Positions 1 through 8,757 of a stretch of DNA of 63,393 nt are shown piece by piece. The position numbers were made by a program, and so were the translations under genes. The notes beneath the pieces are model-generated. The model saw nothing but the letters and a program-made list of their open reading frames with translations. It made no database searches and was not told the origin of the DNA. The stretch covers positions 1 through 63,393 of IMG/VR virus record IMGVR_UViG_3300028197_000950. One strand, written 5' to 3'. Numbering within the stretch: the stretch's first letter is position 1; each line of letters begins with the position of its first letter. This DNA comes from a virus (lineage: Duplodnaviria > Caudoviricetes).

Positions 1-143
1 CGGTTGTCCTCCAGGTAAAGGATACAATTACAAAGACTTAGCTAATATGCTAGAAAATATACACGACTACATAGGTCAGTATGCTACATTTACATACTTC
101 GAGCGAACTAAAGCAGGTAGTTACAGACATCCACATTACAAAG
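1..143 (+). repeat. Terminal overlap, copy 1 (matches 63251-63393)
   Basis: Identical except positions 73/63323 and 139/63389; lies inside the ligase ORF, so most likely an assembly circularisation overlap. Confidence 0.95.
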
Positions 144-163
144 CAATAAGAAATTATGAGTGA
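1..163 (+). CDS. C-terminal end of the ATP-dependent DNA ligase (continues from 62568 across the junction)
   Basis: Frame 2 reads GCPPGKGYNYKDLANMLENIHDYIGQYATFTYFERTKAGSYRHPHYKAIRNYE*, an OB-fold ligase tail; TGA at 161-163. Confidence 0.9.
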   Translation, partial: GCPPGKGYNYKDLANMLENIHDYIGQYATFTYFERTKAGSYRHPHYKAIRNYE

Positions 164-326
164 TTATGAAGCAACAGGTTTGGCAGAAGGTTTTATATCA
201 GCTGAATCAGAAGAACAAATAATAGATGCTTGGCAACATTTACACGACACTGGTCTTGCGTATAAACTGCAAGGCTCGTTTGGTAGAACTGCAAAACGTC
301 TATTAGAAGCAGGGATAATACAATGA
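156..326 (+). CDS. Small hypothetical protein (56 aa, MSDYEATGLAEG...LLEAGIIQ), not in ORF track
   Basis: ATG overlaps the ligase stop region; its stop overlaps the next ATG. Confidence 0.7.
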   Translation: MSDYEATGLAEGFISAESEEQIIDAWQHLHDTGLAYKLQGSFGRTAKRLLEAGIIQ

Positions 327-496
327 ACAATAACTGCAACTACTCGGGTCTTGCCTCTACAGAATCGTGGGGCAAGCCTACATGCGAGATGTGTAATAAA
401 ATTATGGAACAAGAAGATTACGATTTCTGCGATATATGTGGTAACTGTTTAGACGGTTACTATGACAATGTATTAACTAAATTTAAAGAAATATGA
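323..496 (+). CDS. Small Cys-rich putative zinc-binding protein (57 aa), not in ORF track
   Basis: CEMC...CDICGNC motifs; ATGA-coupled to the previous ORF. Confidence 0.6.
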   Translation: MNNNCNYSGLASTESWGKPTCEMCNKIMEQEDYDFCDICGNCLDGYYDNVLTKFKEI

Positions 497-861
497 GAAG
501 ATTAATATATGATATGTTTTATGCTGATGAGATCAGCGAAGACGTAGCTTACAAACTAATTGATAAGCTAAATAAAATAAGAGACAAAACTAAATATAGT
601 TGGGAAAGATGAAAGAAATGTTAAAAAAACGTAGATGTTTATCACATAGAAGATATGTAGAACATCGCATGGCACAGCTTCAAACTGAGATATTCAATGA
701 CGCTATGGCAACAGGAATAGTTAACTTAGAAAAAAGAAAACAATTATTAAAATATAGAACACATTTAAAAAACTTATGACAAAAAAATTAGAACCAATAT
801 TTAATTCTTTTCAAGAATATATAGAAGCTGAAAATATGATATTTGAAACTCTAGAGGCTAG

Positions 862-906
862 GGTGACACATGGTATTAAAGGTATAGAGTAGGGGGCAAA
901 TGTCAC
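862..906. promoter_or_regulatory. GGTGACA...TGTCAC operator-like site overlapping the start codon of the HTH gene
   Basis: 25/31 nt identical to the reverse complement of part of the inverted repeat at 57081-57127. Confidence 0.55.
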
Positions 907-1520
907 ACCGTAATTTAAAATATTTAAACGATAATAGAATAATATATCGTAGGTATTCATCAGATATACCAACAACTTCTTTTAGTTGGGGTTGGTATTA
1001 TAAAGATGGTACTCATGGGTATTATGCTATGTTTAATAGTAAAGCTAAAATAACATCTATAAGATCTTTAAAATGGCATTTACTTACTTTATGGTATTTA
1101 AATCCTGATATGAATAAAGATAAATTTACTTTACTAGCTGAATACATATGCTATAAACAAAACGGGTTTATAACGTTTAGTGCAGGAACTAAATTAACTA
1201 CTAAAATAATTAAAGATGTTTATAAACAAGATCTTGAAAACCCTCCAAAAAATAGACTACGTAAGATAGTATTTAAAGACTCATCTGGTTTAACTACTAT
1301 TGAAAAATTACAAATAGTAGGTAAAATAATAGGTCAAGCTAAAGGTATTAAAGAAGATGACATTTATGAAGCTATGCTGTATTTACACGAGCAAGGTAAA
1401 ATAACTGTCAGTAAATTAGCTAAAGCTTTAAATTGTACTAATAGAACAATATACAGGCACATGGGAAAAGAACTAAAACTAGAAAAACAACTATTAAATA
1501 AAGAAAATGAAAAAATATAA
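900..1520 (+). CDS. C-terminal helix-turn-helix DNA-binding protein (possible replication initiator or regulator)
   Basis: C-terminal ITVSKLAKALNCTNRTIYRHM is HTH-like; first gene of the replication module. Confidence 0.65.
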   Translation: MSHRNLKYLNDNRIIYRRYSSDIPTTSFSWGWYYKDGTHGYYAMFNSKAKITSIRSLKWHLLTLWYLNPDMNKDKFTLLAEYICYKQNGFITFSAGTKLTTKIIKDVYKQDLENPPKNRLRKIVFKDSSGLTTIEKLQIVGKIIGQAKGIKEDDIYEAMLYLHEQGKITVSKLAKALNCTNRTIYRHMGKELKLEKQLLNKENEKI

Positions 1521-2262
1521 TGTAAAAAACTACGTTAGATATAAAGAAGACGTAAAAAGAGCAATAAAATCAATACCTAGCAAAAGATTTATAGATTATA
1601 CACCTGAAGAGCTTAAAATAGTGTTTTTACCTTTAGTAGAGAATATAGGTAGAAAGTTTGCTACATCACAAGAGGCGTCAGGAGTTATGTCTATTAATGA
1701 TATAATACAAGAAGGTAGTCTTCAGTTATGTAAAGCTGTAGATAAAATAGATAGATTAAGATTAATGCAATCTGAAGATATTGAAATGACTTTAAAATCT
1801 TTTTTAGCAAAAAGAATTAGAGGTGGTATAAGAAGAGCTGTTGATACCAATAGAGGTACAATGCGTATACCAGAACATAAACTTAACGAAATACGTAAAG
1901 ATGGAGGAAAAGATAAAAAGATGGTAGCTATGTTCTTTAATAGTATATTTTTAAGTATCGATGCCAACCCTAACGATGAAGATATGGTATATCAAATACC
2001 TGATAAATCAGATCCTTATAATGAAACTTTATTAAACTCTTATATCATGAGTTTACTAAGTAAACATCTTGAGTGGAACGAAATGCTAGTTCTAAGCAAG
2101 AGTTATGGTTTAGATGGACCTAAATGGTCAGCAAATGAAATAGCAACAGCATTAGAGCTTAAAGGCGTATCTGCATATGTAAGAGTATCAGAGCTTAAAA
2201 AGCAAGCTGTACAAAAACTAATAGACAACGTAGATCACTCGCAAGTGCTTGACTACCTGTAA
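1507..2262 (+). CDS. Sigma-70-family RNA polymerase sigma factor
   Basis: Region-2-like DIIQEGSLQLCKAVDK and IRGGIRRAVD...MRIPEH; region-4-like YGLDG...EIATALEL...RVSELKKQAVQKL. Confidence 0.85.
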   Translation: MKKYNVKNYVRYKEDVKRAIKSIPSKRFIDYTPEELKIVFLPLVENIGRKFATSQEASGVMSINDIIQEGSLQLCKAVDKIDRLRLMQSEDIEMTLKSFLAKRIRGGIRRAVDTNRGTMRIPEHKLNEIRKDGGKDKKMVAMFFNSIFLSIDANPNDEDMVYQIPDKSDPYNETLLNSYIMSLLSKHLEWNEMLVLSKSYGLDGPKWSANEIATALELKGVSAYVRVSELKKQAVQKLIDNVDHSQVLDYL

Positions 2263-2283
2263 ATTATAATATAAACATGTAAT
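2259..2283 (+). promoter_or_regulatory. Class B promoter motif GTAAAT-N14-GTAAT upstream of the ERF gene
   Basis: Same bipartite spacing as four minus-strand copies. Confidence 0.6.
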
Positions 2284-2292
2284 TATAACTAT

Positions 2293-2847
2293 ATGACAAT
2301 ATACCAAAAATTAACCCAAATTCAAACAAAGTTTAAATCGAAGAAGAGTAGATTTAACTCATTCGGTAAGTACTATTTCAGGTCTGCCGAAGATATCCTA
2401 GAAGCTACAAAACCCTTTTTAAAGGAGCTAGACGTTGCAGTAACGATCACTGAAGAATTAATATCTTTTGATCCTGCTGTACTAAAAGTAACAGCTAAAA
2501 TTATGAATGGCGAAGCCGACGCAGGCTTAGGCTCTCATAAACATGCTGAAGCTGTAGCTATCGTAGGTGTTGACTTAGATCAGAAAGGTATGCAAATGCC
2601 ACAACGTTACGGTGCAGCTAGTTCTTACGGTAAGAAATATGCACTAGGTAATTTGTTTTTAATAGATGATACACAAGATGCAGATGCAACTAATAGTCAT
2701 GATAAAAAGCAAGCTACAAAAATAGCTATATCAGCTGTACAACTACAAAAAGCTAAAGAATATATAAAGTCTGGCGGTAAAGTTGAAGCAATAAAAGCTA
2801 AATATAAATTAACAAAAGAAGTAGAACAAGAGTTAACTACATTATGA
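2293..2847 (+). CDS. ERF-family single-strand annealing protein
   Basis: FNSFGKYYFRSAEDILEA and QRYGAASSYGKKYALGNLFLIDDTQDAD are ERF signatures. Confidence 0.85.
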   Translation: MTIYQKLTQIQTKFKSKKSRFNSFGKYYFRSAEDILEATKPFLKELDVAVTITEELISFDPAVLKVTAKIMNGEADAGLGSHKHAEAVAIVGVDLDQKGMQMPQRYGAASSYGKKYALGNLFLIDDTQDADATNSHDKKQATKIAISAVQLQKAKEYIKSGGKVEAIKAKYKLTKEVEQELTTL

Positions 2848-3578
2848 AAAACAAAAAAGAAGTACTAGAGAGGCTAAAGAACGATGAGGATTACTATGGT
2901 GCGTTTGGCAAACAGTTTATATCTAATTCAGATATAAGAACGTTAATGACAAACCCACTAGGTTTTAAAGAACCATCGGCTCAAGCTCCTCACTTTCTTA
3001 TTGGTGGTTACTTTCATACTGCAATACTAGAGCCTGAAAAAATAAAGAACTTCAAAATAGTTGAAGCTACGTCGCGTAATACAAAACTTTACAAAGAAAT
3101 AACGAACGGAGAAGTTTGTTTATTACAGCACGAAGTTGATAAGACAGAAGCTTTAGTTGATAAGATGATGAATAATACAATATGCAGAGATCTTATTCAT
3201 ACTGAAGGTAATGATTTTGAAGTTCCAGGCGTTACCGAAGTTTACGGTAATATGTGGAAAGGTAAAGCAGATATTGTTAACCACAAAGAAAAGCTAGTTG
3301 TTGATCTTAAAACTACATCAGACTTAGAGAAGTTTCATTGGTCAGCTAAGAAATACAACTACGATAGTCAAGCTTACATATACAGTCAATTATTTGGCTA
3401 TGATATGTTATTTATAGCTATCGACAAAAACACAGGTCAAATTGGTATATTCGACTGTTCACAGGATTTTTATAAGACTGGAGCAGATAAAGCTGAAAAA
3501 GCTTCTGAAATATATGATTTGTTTTATAAGAACGAAGACTTTGACCCTAATAATTACTTTATAAATAAAACCCTATAA
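2844..3578 (+). CDS. PD-(D/E)XK exonuclease (RecE/ExoVIII-like)
   Basis: GGYFHTAILEP, KGKADIV...VVDLKTT, YNYDSQAYIY; adjacent to ERF. Confidence 0.8.
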   Translation: MKNKKEVLERLKNDEDYYGAFGKQFISNSDIRTLMTNPLGFKEPSAQAPHFLIGGYFHTAILEPEKIKNFKIVEATSRNTKLYKEITNGEVCLLQHEVDKTEALVDKMMNNTICRDLIHTEGNDFEVPGVTEVYGNMWKGKADIVNHKEKLVVDLKTTSDLEKFHWSAKKYNYDSQAYIYSQLFGYDMLFIAIDKNTGQIGIFDCSQDFYKTGADKAEKASEIYDLFYKNEDFDPNNYFINKTL

Positions 3579-3579
3579 T

Positions 3580-3894
3580 ATGGCAGGAATAATAAAAGCA
3601 AGTATCAATTTAAATGCAATTGATAAATCAAAAATAATCGAAGGCAAGAAAGGTAAATACCTACCTATTACGATTACAGTAAATGATGAACCAGATCAGT
3701 TTGGTAATCAAGGCCCTGTTATAATCGATCAGTCTAAAGAAGAAAGAGAAGCTAAGATAGCTAAGACCTATCTTGGAAATTGTAAGGTAGTATGGACAAA
3801 CGGTGTTTTTCCAGACAAATTACCTTATGAAGGTGGTGGGCAAGCTCCAGCGCCTAAAGCACAGCCAAAAGTAGAATCAGATCTACCATTTTAA
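3580..3894 (+). CDS. Putative single-stranded DNA-binding protein
   Basis: Short beta-rich body, Pro/Gly linker and acidic SSB-type tail ESDLPF. Confidence 0.65.
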   Translation: MAGIIKASINLNAIDKSKIIEGKKGKYLPITITVNDEPDQFGNQGPVIIDQSKEEREAKIAKTYLGNCKVVWTNGVFPDKLPYEGGGQAPAPKAQPKVESDLPF

Positions 3895-3907
3895 TTAAAT
3901 TCAATTA

Positions 3908-5617
3908 ATGCAAGTTGAAGAAGTAGAAATAAACGGATTCTTAATTGAATCATTTAATCAGCACGGCTTAGACGTAGGTAAAACGCAGGGGATTTGTCCC
4001 CTGTGTTCTATTGATAGGAAACCTGAGAATAAGAAAGCCAAGTGTTCTTCTTATGATTGGGAACGTGGTATCGGTACTTGCCATAATTGTGATAAGTCTT
4101 ACCAGTTACATACATTTAAGCGTAAAGGCAAAGCTGAGCGTGACTATGTAATACCTGAAGTTAAACACAAACCAGTTGAATCAAAAGTAGTTGATTGGTT
4201 TAAAACAAGAGGTATATCTAAACAAACCTTAGATGAGGTTGGTGTAGGTGAAGGTAAAGAGTTTATGCCACAAACAGGCAAACCTGAGAATACTATTCAG
4301 TTTAATTATTATGTAGGTGGAAACCTAACTAATGTTAAATATAGAGATGGACGTAAGAACTTTAAGCTATATAAGGGAGCGGAAAAAGTATTTTACAATA
4401 TAGATAACACTGTAGGACATGATACATGTATTATAGTTGAAGGCGAAATGGATGTGTTAGCATTACACGAAGCTGGTATTACGAATGCTATATCAGTTCC
4501 AAATGGTGCTACATTAAATAGCAATAACTTAGATTACTTAGATAATTGTATTGATTACTTTGATGACAAAGAAAAGATAATCATTGCGGTAGATAATGAT
4601 CCACCAGGTTTAGCCTTACAGTCAGAGCTTGTAAGACGTCTTGGTGCTGAAGTTTGTTATCTAGCATCATTTGACGACTGTAAAGATGCTAATGAATATC
4701 TAATGAAATACAGTGCGCTAGAACTAAAGTCTAGAGTCTTAGACGCAAGACCTGTGCCATTAGAAAACGTTACAACATTTAAAGACATTGAAGATGAAGT
4801 CACAGACTTTGTTCGTAATGGTTTTAAACGTGGCTTTCAAATTGGTTTACCTAATTTTGATAATATCTTTTCTACATACACTAAACAGTTTATAACTGTT
4901 ACAGGTATACCTAGTTCAGGTAAGTCAGATTTTGTAGATCAAATGGTTGTAGGTTATAATAAAGAGTATGAGTGGAAGACGGCATTTGCATCTCCTGAAA
5001 ATGCTCCTACGTTTTTACATGCACATAAACTTATGCGTAAAGTCTGGGGTGACATGCCTAATAAAGGCGATATTGGAGGAGACAAATGGAATCAGGTAGC
5101 TGATCATGTTAATAAGAACTTTTTCTTTATTGATATGGAACGTTATACTCTTGAATCTGTTTTACGTAAAGGCGCTGAGCTAGTTAAACGTAAAGGTATT
5201 AAGTGTTTAGTTATTGATCCATATAATAAGGTTAGAGACGTCGATTCACATACTGAAGACGTTAACCGATACACAATGGAATACTTAACTAAGATTGAAA
5301 CCTTTGCTAAGAAATATGATGTACTAGTATTTATAGTAGCACATCCTACTAAAATGTATAAGACACAAGATGGTAAGATTGAAGAACCAACTATGTATAA
5401 CATTAAAGGTGGTGGTGAATGGTACGATGCTAGTTATCATGGTTTACTTGTTCATCGTGACTATGACGCTAAAACAACTAAAGTTAAAGTACTTAAATGT
5501 AAGTTTCAAAACTTAGGTGAAAACGGAGCTGAAGCTCATTTTACTTGGGAACCTAGATCAGGTTGTTTTGTACCTCATGATGTACCTGACTTAGATGAAG
5601 CTATGCCATGGGAGTAG
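3908..5617 (+). CDS. Bifunctional primase-helicase (T7 gp4/Twinkle-like)
   Basis: Zn finger CPLC...CHNC; Toprim IVEGEMD and AVDND; Walker A TGIPSSGKS; LVIDP; IVAHP. Confidence 0.92.
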   Translation: MQVEEVEINGFLIESFNQHGLDVGKTQGICPLCSIDRKPENKKAKCSSYDWERGIGTCHNCDKSYQLHTFKRKGKAERDYVIPEVKHKPVESKVVDWFKTRGISKQTLDEVGVGEGKEFMPQTGKPENTIQFNYYVGGNLTNVKYRDGRKNFKLYKGAEKVFYNIDNTVGHDTCIIVEGEMDVLALHEAGITNAISVPNGATLNSNNLDYLDNCIDYFDDKEKIIIAVDNDPPGLALQSELVRRLGAEVCYLASFDDCKDANEYLMKYSALELKSRVLDARPVPLENVTTFKDIEDEVTDFVRNGFKRGFQIGLPNFDNIFSTYTKQFITVTGIPSSGKSDFVDQMVVGYNKEYEWKTAFASPENAPTFLHAHKLMRKVWGDMPNKGDIGGDKWNQVADHVNKNFFFIDMERYTLESVLRKGAELVKRKGIKCLVIDPYNKVRDVDSHTEDVNRYTMEYLTKIETFAKKYDVLVFIVAHPTKMYKTQDGKIEEPTMYNIKGGGEWYDASYHGLLVHRDYDAKTTKVKVLKCKFQNLGENGAEAHFTWEPRSGCFVPHDVPDLDEAMPWE

Positions 5618-5796
5618 AATTAGTTAAAGGGGTTGATTACGATTATGTATATTCTATAAAAGCTAATAACGTTATTTATAAAACATATACTAAAGACACT
5701 GTTGATATGTATGAGGCTATATTAGATAAGTTTAATATAAAATATAAAACAACTTATGATAAAGACAGTAAATTGGAAACCACCACCGTGGAGTAA
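5608..5796 (+). CDS. Hypothetical protein
   Basis: ORF overlapping both neighbours in operon fashion. Confidence 0.5.
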   Translation: MGVELVKGVDYDYVYSIKANNVIYKTYTKDTVDMYEAILDKFNIKYKTTYDKDSKLETTTVE

Positions 5797-6007
5797 AGAG
5801 TATAGAAAAATATATTCTTGGTGTTTAAAACACGGAATAAAAATATACCCTGTAGCTACTGCTAAAGGAGAAAAAAATAAGAACTGTTATATAGAAGTAA
5901 GTGTAAATGGTAAAACAACGTTATCGCCTAAGCATTATGGTGTTAGTGAATTATGGCCTAAAATATTTGAGTTATATAAGTTTTATTATGACAAACGTAC
6001 AAACTAA
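5756..6007 (+). CDS. Hypothetical protein
   Basis: ORF in operon; its stop lies inside a class A motif. Confidence 0.6.
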   Translation: MIKTVNWKPPPWSKEYRKIYSWCLKHGIKIYPVATAKGEKNKNCYIEVSVNGKTTLSPKHYGVSELWPKIFELYKFYYDKRTN

Positions 6008-6029
6008 ATACGATAAAGTTTAGATAATA
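5999..6029 (+). promoter_or_regulatory. Class A motif ACAAACTAAATACGA-N9-GATAATA
   Basis: Exact consensus, 5 nt before the ATG at 6035. Confidence 0.75.
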
Positions 6030-6034
6030 TAAAT

Positions 6035-6721
6035 ATGATAGAAAATAAATTTAAAAATGCTAGTGAAGCTTTTGACTTTTATTATGGTACAATACCATAT
6101 GAAGGCAAAAACTTTGGTAATACTAAAGCTATGTTTAACCAGGGTTTTACTATACTAAACCCAGTTGATCGCATAATAACTAATGAAGCTAGAAACTTTA
6201 ATATTGAATATGCAGAAGCTGAATGGCAATGGTATTTATCAGGTGATCCATCTACAGCTAAACTTGGTGAAATATATGGTAAGATACCTAAAATATGGCA
6301 AGACATGGCTGATGGCAATGGTAGAGTTAATTCTAACTATGGTTATCAATGGGAAAGAGGTTATCAACTAGATAAAGTTGTAGCTATGTTAAAAGAAAAT
6401 CCTGATACAAGACAAGCGTGTGTGTCTATATATGATGGTAAGGAAATGAACAGATACAGGCACGATACACCTTGTACTTACGCTGTACAGTTTACAGTTG
6501 TAGATAACAAGCTTGATATGTGTGTTACGATGCGTTCTAATGATCTCTGGTTCGGTTTCTGTAATGATCAATATCAATTCAGTAAACTGCAAGAGATGGT
6601 CTCAGAACGTACAGGATATAATATTGGTGTGTATTATCATTTTGCACATAACCTACATATCTATGACGATCAGTTACCAGAACAAAATACACTAACATCT
6701 AGAGCTAAACAATATGGATAA
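6035..6721 (+). CDS. Thymidylate synthase-family enzyme, probably a dCMP hydroxymethylase/methylase
   Basis: Catalytic PCT, NSNYG and MRSNDLWFGFCND, with Asp at the ThyA Asn177 position. Confidence 0.8.
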   Translation: MIENKFKNASEAFDFYYGTIPYEGKNFGNTKAMFNQGFTILNPVDRIITNEARNFNIEYAEAEWQWYLSGDPSTAKLGEIYGKIPKIWQDMADGNGRVNSNYGYQWERGYQLDKVVAMLKENPDTRQACVSIYDGKEMNRYRHDTPCTYAVQFTVVDNKLDMCVTMRSNDLWFGFCNDQYQFSKLQEMVSERTGYNIGVYYHFAHNLHIYDDQLPEQNTLTSRAKQYG

Positions 6722-7577
6722 AATAAATTATTATTTATACCATATACCGGGTAAAAAAATAGGTGTTACACGTGATCTTATAAGCAGAGTCGTAGAACAA
6801 CAAGGTTACGACTTAGACGAAGTAGAAGTTCTAGAGCAAAGTACAGATATAAATTATATATCTGACCGCGAGTTAGAACTTCAATTGTCTCACGGCTATA
6901 GGGTTGACAGGCAAAAATACAAAGACTTATATATAAACCAAAAACCAAAATCAAATAATATGAATATAAATGCAACCGAACAAACCTCAACATTCCCTTG
7001 TCCAGTATCTAAACTTAAAGGTAGATTAATGGATAATATGGGTATGACATGGTTAACGTCTCACGGTAAGTTTGAGATTAATATGGATACAATAGCTTGG
7101 ATAATGAAAAATGCAACTACTTCTATGTATACAACTGAAAGATGTTATATATATAATAAGTCTTTTGCTAAGTATTTTAAAACAATTGAGTTTCCTTTTG
7201 GTGATGATGCTTATCAAGCTTATCATGATACTTTAACTGAAAGAGTTAAGCCAAGTAATGGTAAAGCTAAATTAAATACAGATGCTAGGTTTCAGTTAAT
7301 AAGGGACTGGGCTGGCGCAAGAGGTTTATATAGTAAAGGCGATACTAAAACTCAGTTCTGTAAGCTAATGGAAGAAGCTGGCGAACTAGGTAGAGCTATA
7401 CTAAAAGATGATAACCCTGAATTTAGAGATGCTATCGGTGATATGGTTGTAGTTCTTACAAATCTAGCTCATATGGGCGGAACAACTATTGAAGACTGTA
7501 TAGATGAAGCTTACGATGTTATTTCTAAGAGAACTGGTAAAATGGTTAACGGAACATTTGTTAAAGATGAAAAGTAA
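6714..7577 (+). CDS. Fusion of a GIY-YIG-like N-terminus, an unknown middle domain and a MazG-like nucleotide pyrophosphohydrolase
   Basis: YLYHIPGKKIGVTRDLISR at the N-terminus; KLMEEAGELGRA...DAIGDMVVVL (EExxE...DxxxD) at the C-terminus. Confidence 0.75.
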   Translation: MDKINYYLYHIPGKKIGVTRDLISRVVEQQGYDLDEVEVLEQSTDINYISDRELELQLSHGYRVDRQKYKDLYINQKPKSNNMNINATEQTSTFPCPVSKLKGRLMDNMGMTWLTSHGKFEINMDTIAWIMKNATTSMYTTERCYIYNKSFAKYFKTIEFPFGDDAYQAYHDTLTERVKPSNGKAKLNTDARFQLIRDWAGARGLYSKGDTKTQFCKLMEEAGELGRAILKDDNPEFRDAIGDMVVVLTNLAHMGGTTIEDCIDEAYDVISKRTGKMVNGTFVKDEK

Positions 7578-7860
7578 GACTATTAAATTCAGAGATCCAG
7601 TCGTTGAGAACGTCGTGGATAAGTTTGTATCAAGATCTGATGTTGGCTTTGCTAAGTATGGTCAGTCAATGCACAATGAAAGAACAACCAAACAAAAGGA
7701 TCTAGCAGGTTATCTTAATGATATACAAGAAGAGCTTATGGATGCTATACTATATATTCAAGCTGCACGTGAAGAACTAGCAGAACAAGAAGATCTAAAT
7801 ATATTAAGTGTTAACTCTCCTCTACCAGGTGAAGAACTAGAATATGGTTCGCCGGTATAG
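7567..7860 (+). CDS. All-alpha nucleotide diphosphohydrolase-like protein (start revised from 7504)
   Basis: GFAKYG...YLNDIQEELMDAILY motif; ATG at 7567 overlaps the end of the MazG gene. Confidence 0.55.
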   Translation: MKSKTIKFRDPVVENVVDKFVSRSDVGFAKYGQSMHNERTTKQKDLAGYLNDIQEELMDAILYIQAAREELAEQEDLNILSVNSPLPGEELEYGSPV

Positions 7861-8293
7861 TGAAAAGAAAGGTCCGGTAAGATCTAAAAAGGTTAAGCAT
7901 GATGGAATACAGTTTGCGTCAGGACTAGAAAAACATATGTATATGGCTTTAAAGAAAGCTAAAATTAAAGCACATTACGAGGGACAAACTTACGAGCTTG
8001 TCCCTTCTTTTAACTTTGAACAAGAAGCTTATGAAAGACAAAGCAATGGTAAAGGTGAGTACCGCAATAGAGGTAATAAGAAAATACTTAATATTAAGTA
8101 TACTCCAGATTTTGTGGGAGATAATTTTATTATTGAATGTAAAGGACGTGCTAATGAATCTTTTCCCATACGTTGGAAGTTATTTAAAGCTTTTGTACAT
8201 GAAAACTTACCGAACATTACGTTATACAAACCTCAAAATCAAAAGGAATGCGAAGAGACCGTAAACTTAATTCTTTCGAGCAGAAAGACTTAG
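7844..8293 (+). CDS. Endonuclease I-like PD-(D/E)XK resolvase
   Basis: FASGLE...YTPDF...IIECKG, as in the T7 gp3 family. Confidence 0.8.
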   Translation: MVRRYSEKKGPVRSKKVKHDGIQFASGLEKHMYMALKKAKIKAHYEGQTYELVPSFNFEQEAYERQSNGKGEYRNRGNKKILNIKYTPDFVGDNFIIECKGRANESFPIRWKLFKAFVHENLPNITLYKPQNQKECEETVNLILSSRKT

Positions 8294-8421
8294 CTAGAAG
8301 AAAATATGCTGAACGTCAATTACAAAAGTTTATAGACTGGAGTGTTGAGTCTAAAGGCTATTTAAAATATAAAGATTTAATGAAATATTCAGAACAATAT
8401 GGCACAACAAAAATCACATAG
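8248..8421 (+). CDS. Small hypothetical protein (57 aa), not in ORF track
   Basis: MRRDRKLNSFEQKDLARRKYAERQL...; fills the gap in the operon. Confidence 0.5.
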   Translation: MRRDRKLNSFEQKDLARRKYAERQLQKFIDWSVESKGYLKYKDLMKYSEQYGTTKIT

Positions 8422-8533
8422 CAGAACAGAAAGGGTGAAAATTAAAAGAAAAGGTATACACGCTAAGACAAAAACGTCTAGCTCTACATCTAGCCCATTA
8501 TATAAAAAGAAATACAACGGACAAGGACGATGA
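8399..8533 (+). CDS. Small basic protein (44 aa) ending YNGQGR, not in ORF track
   Basis: Lys/Arg-rich; stop ATGA-coupled to the ORF at 8530. Confidence 0.6.
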   Translation: MAQQKSHSRTERVKIKRKGIHAKTKTSSSTSSPLYKKKYNGQGR

Positions 8534-8757
8534 AAGAAAGTACATTATTAGAAATGCAAAATAAAATTGCGGCATTAACAAGAGTTGTGCAACAAATGAT
8601 AAATGAAATGAATATACTTAGTACTACTGCAATGGGTACTTTAGAAACTGTAAAATTAATGCCTGGTTATAAAGAGTCTTTAGATCAATTAAAATTACAA
8701 GCAGAAGAAATAGAAAAAGAAAGGAAAAATGGAATTATCGAACAAAATACTAAGTGA
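8530..8757 (+). CDS. Hypothetical coiled-coil protein
   Basis: ORF in operon upstream of the RNR. Confidence 0.6.
   Translation: MKESTLLEMQNKIAALTRVVQQMINEMNILSTTAMGTLETVKLMPGYKESLDQLKLQAEEIEKERKNGIIEQNTK

Noticed and set aside
1-143. Biological direct terminal repeat
   Set aside because: It falls in the middle of the ligase gene and has silent mismatches, typical of an assembly overlap.
6035-6721. Gene symbol thyA
   Set aside because: The specificity residue is Asp rather than Asn, so dUMP methylation cannot be assumed.
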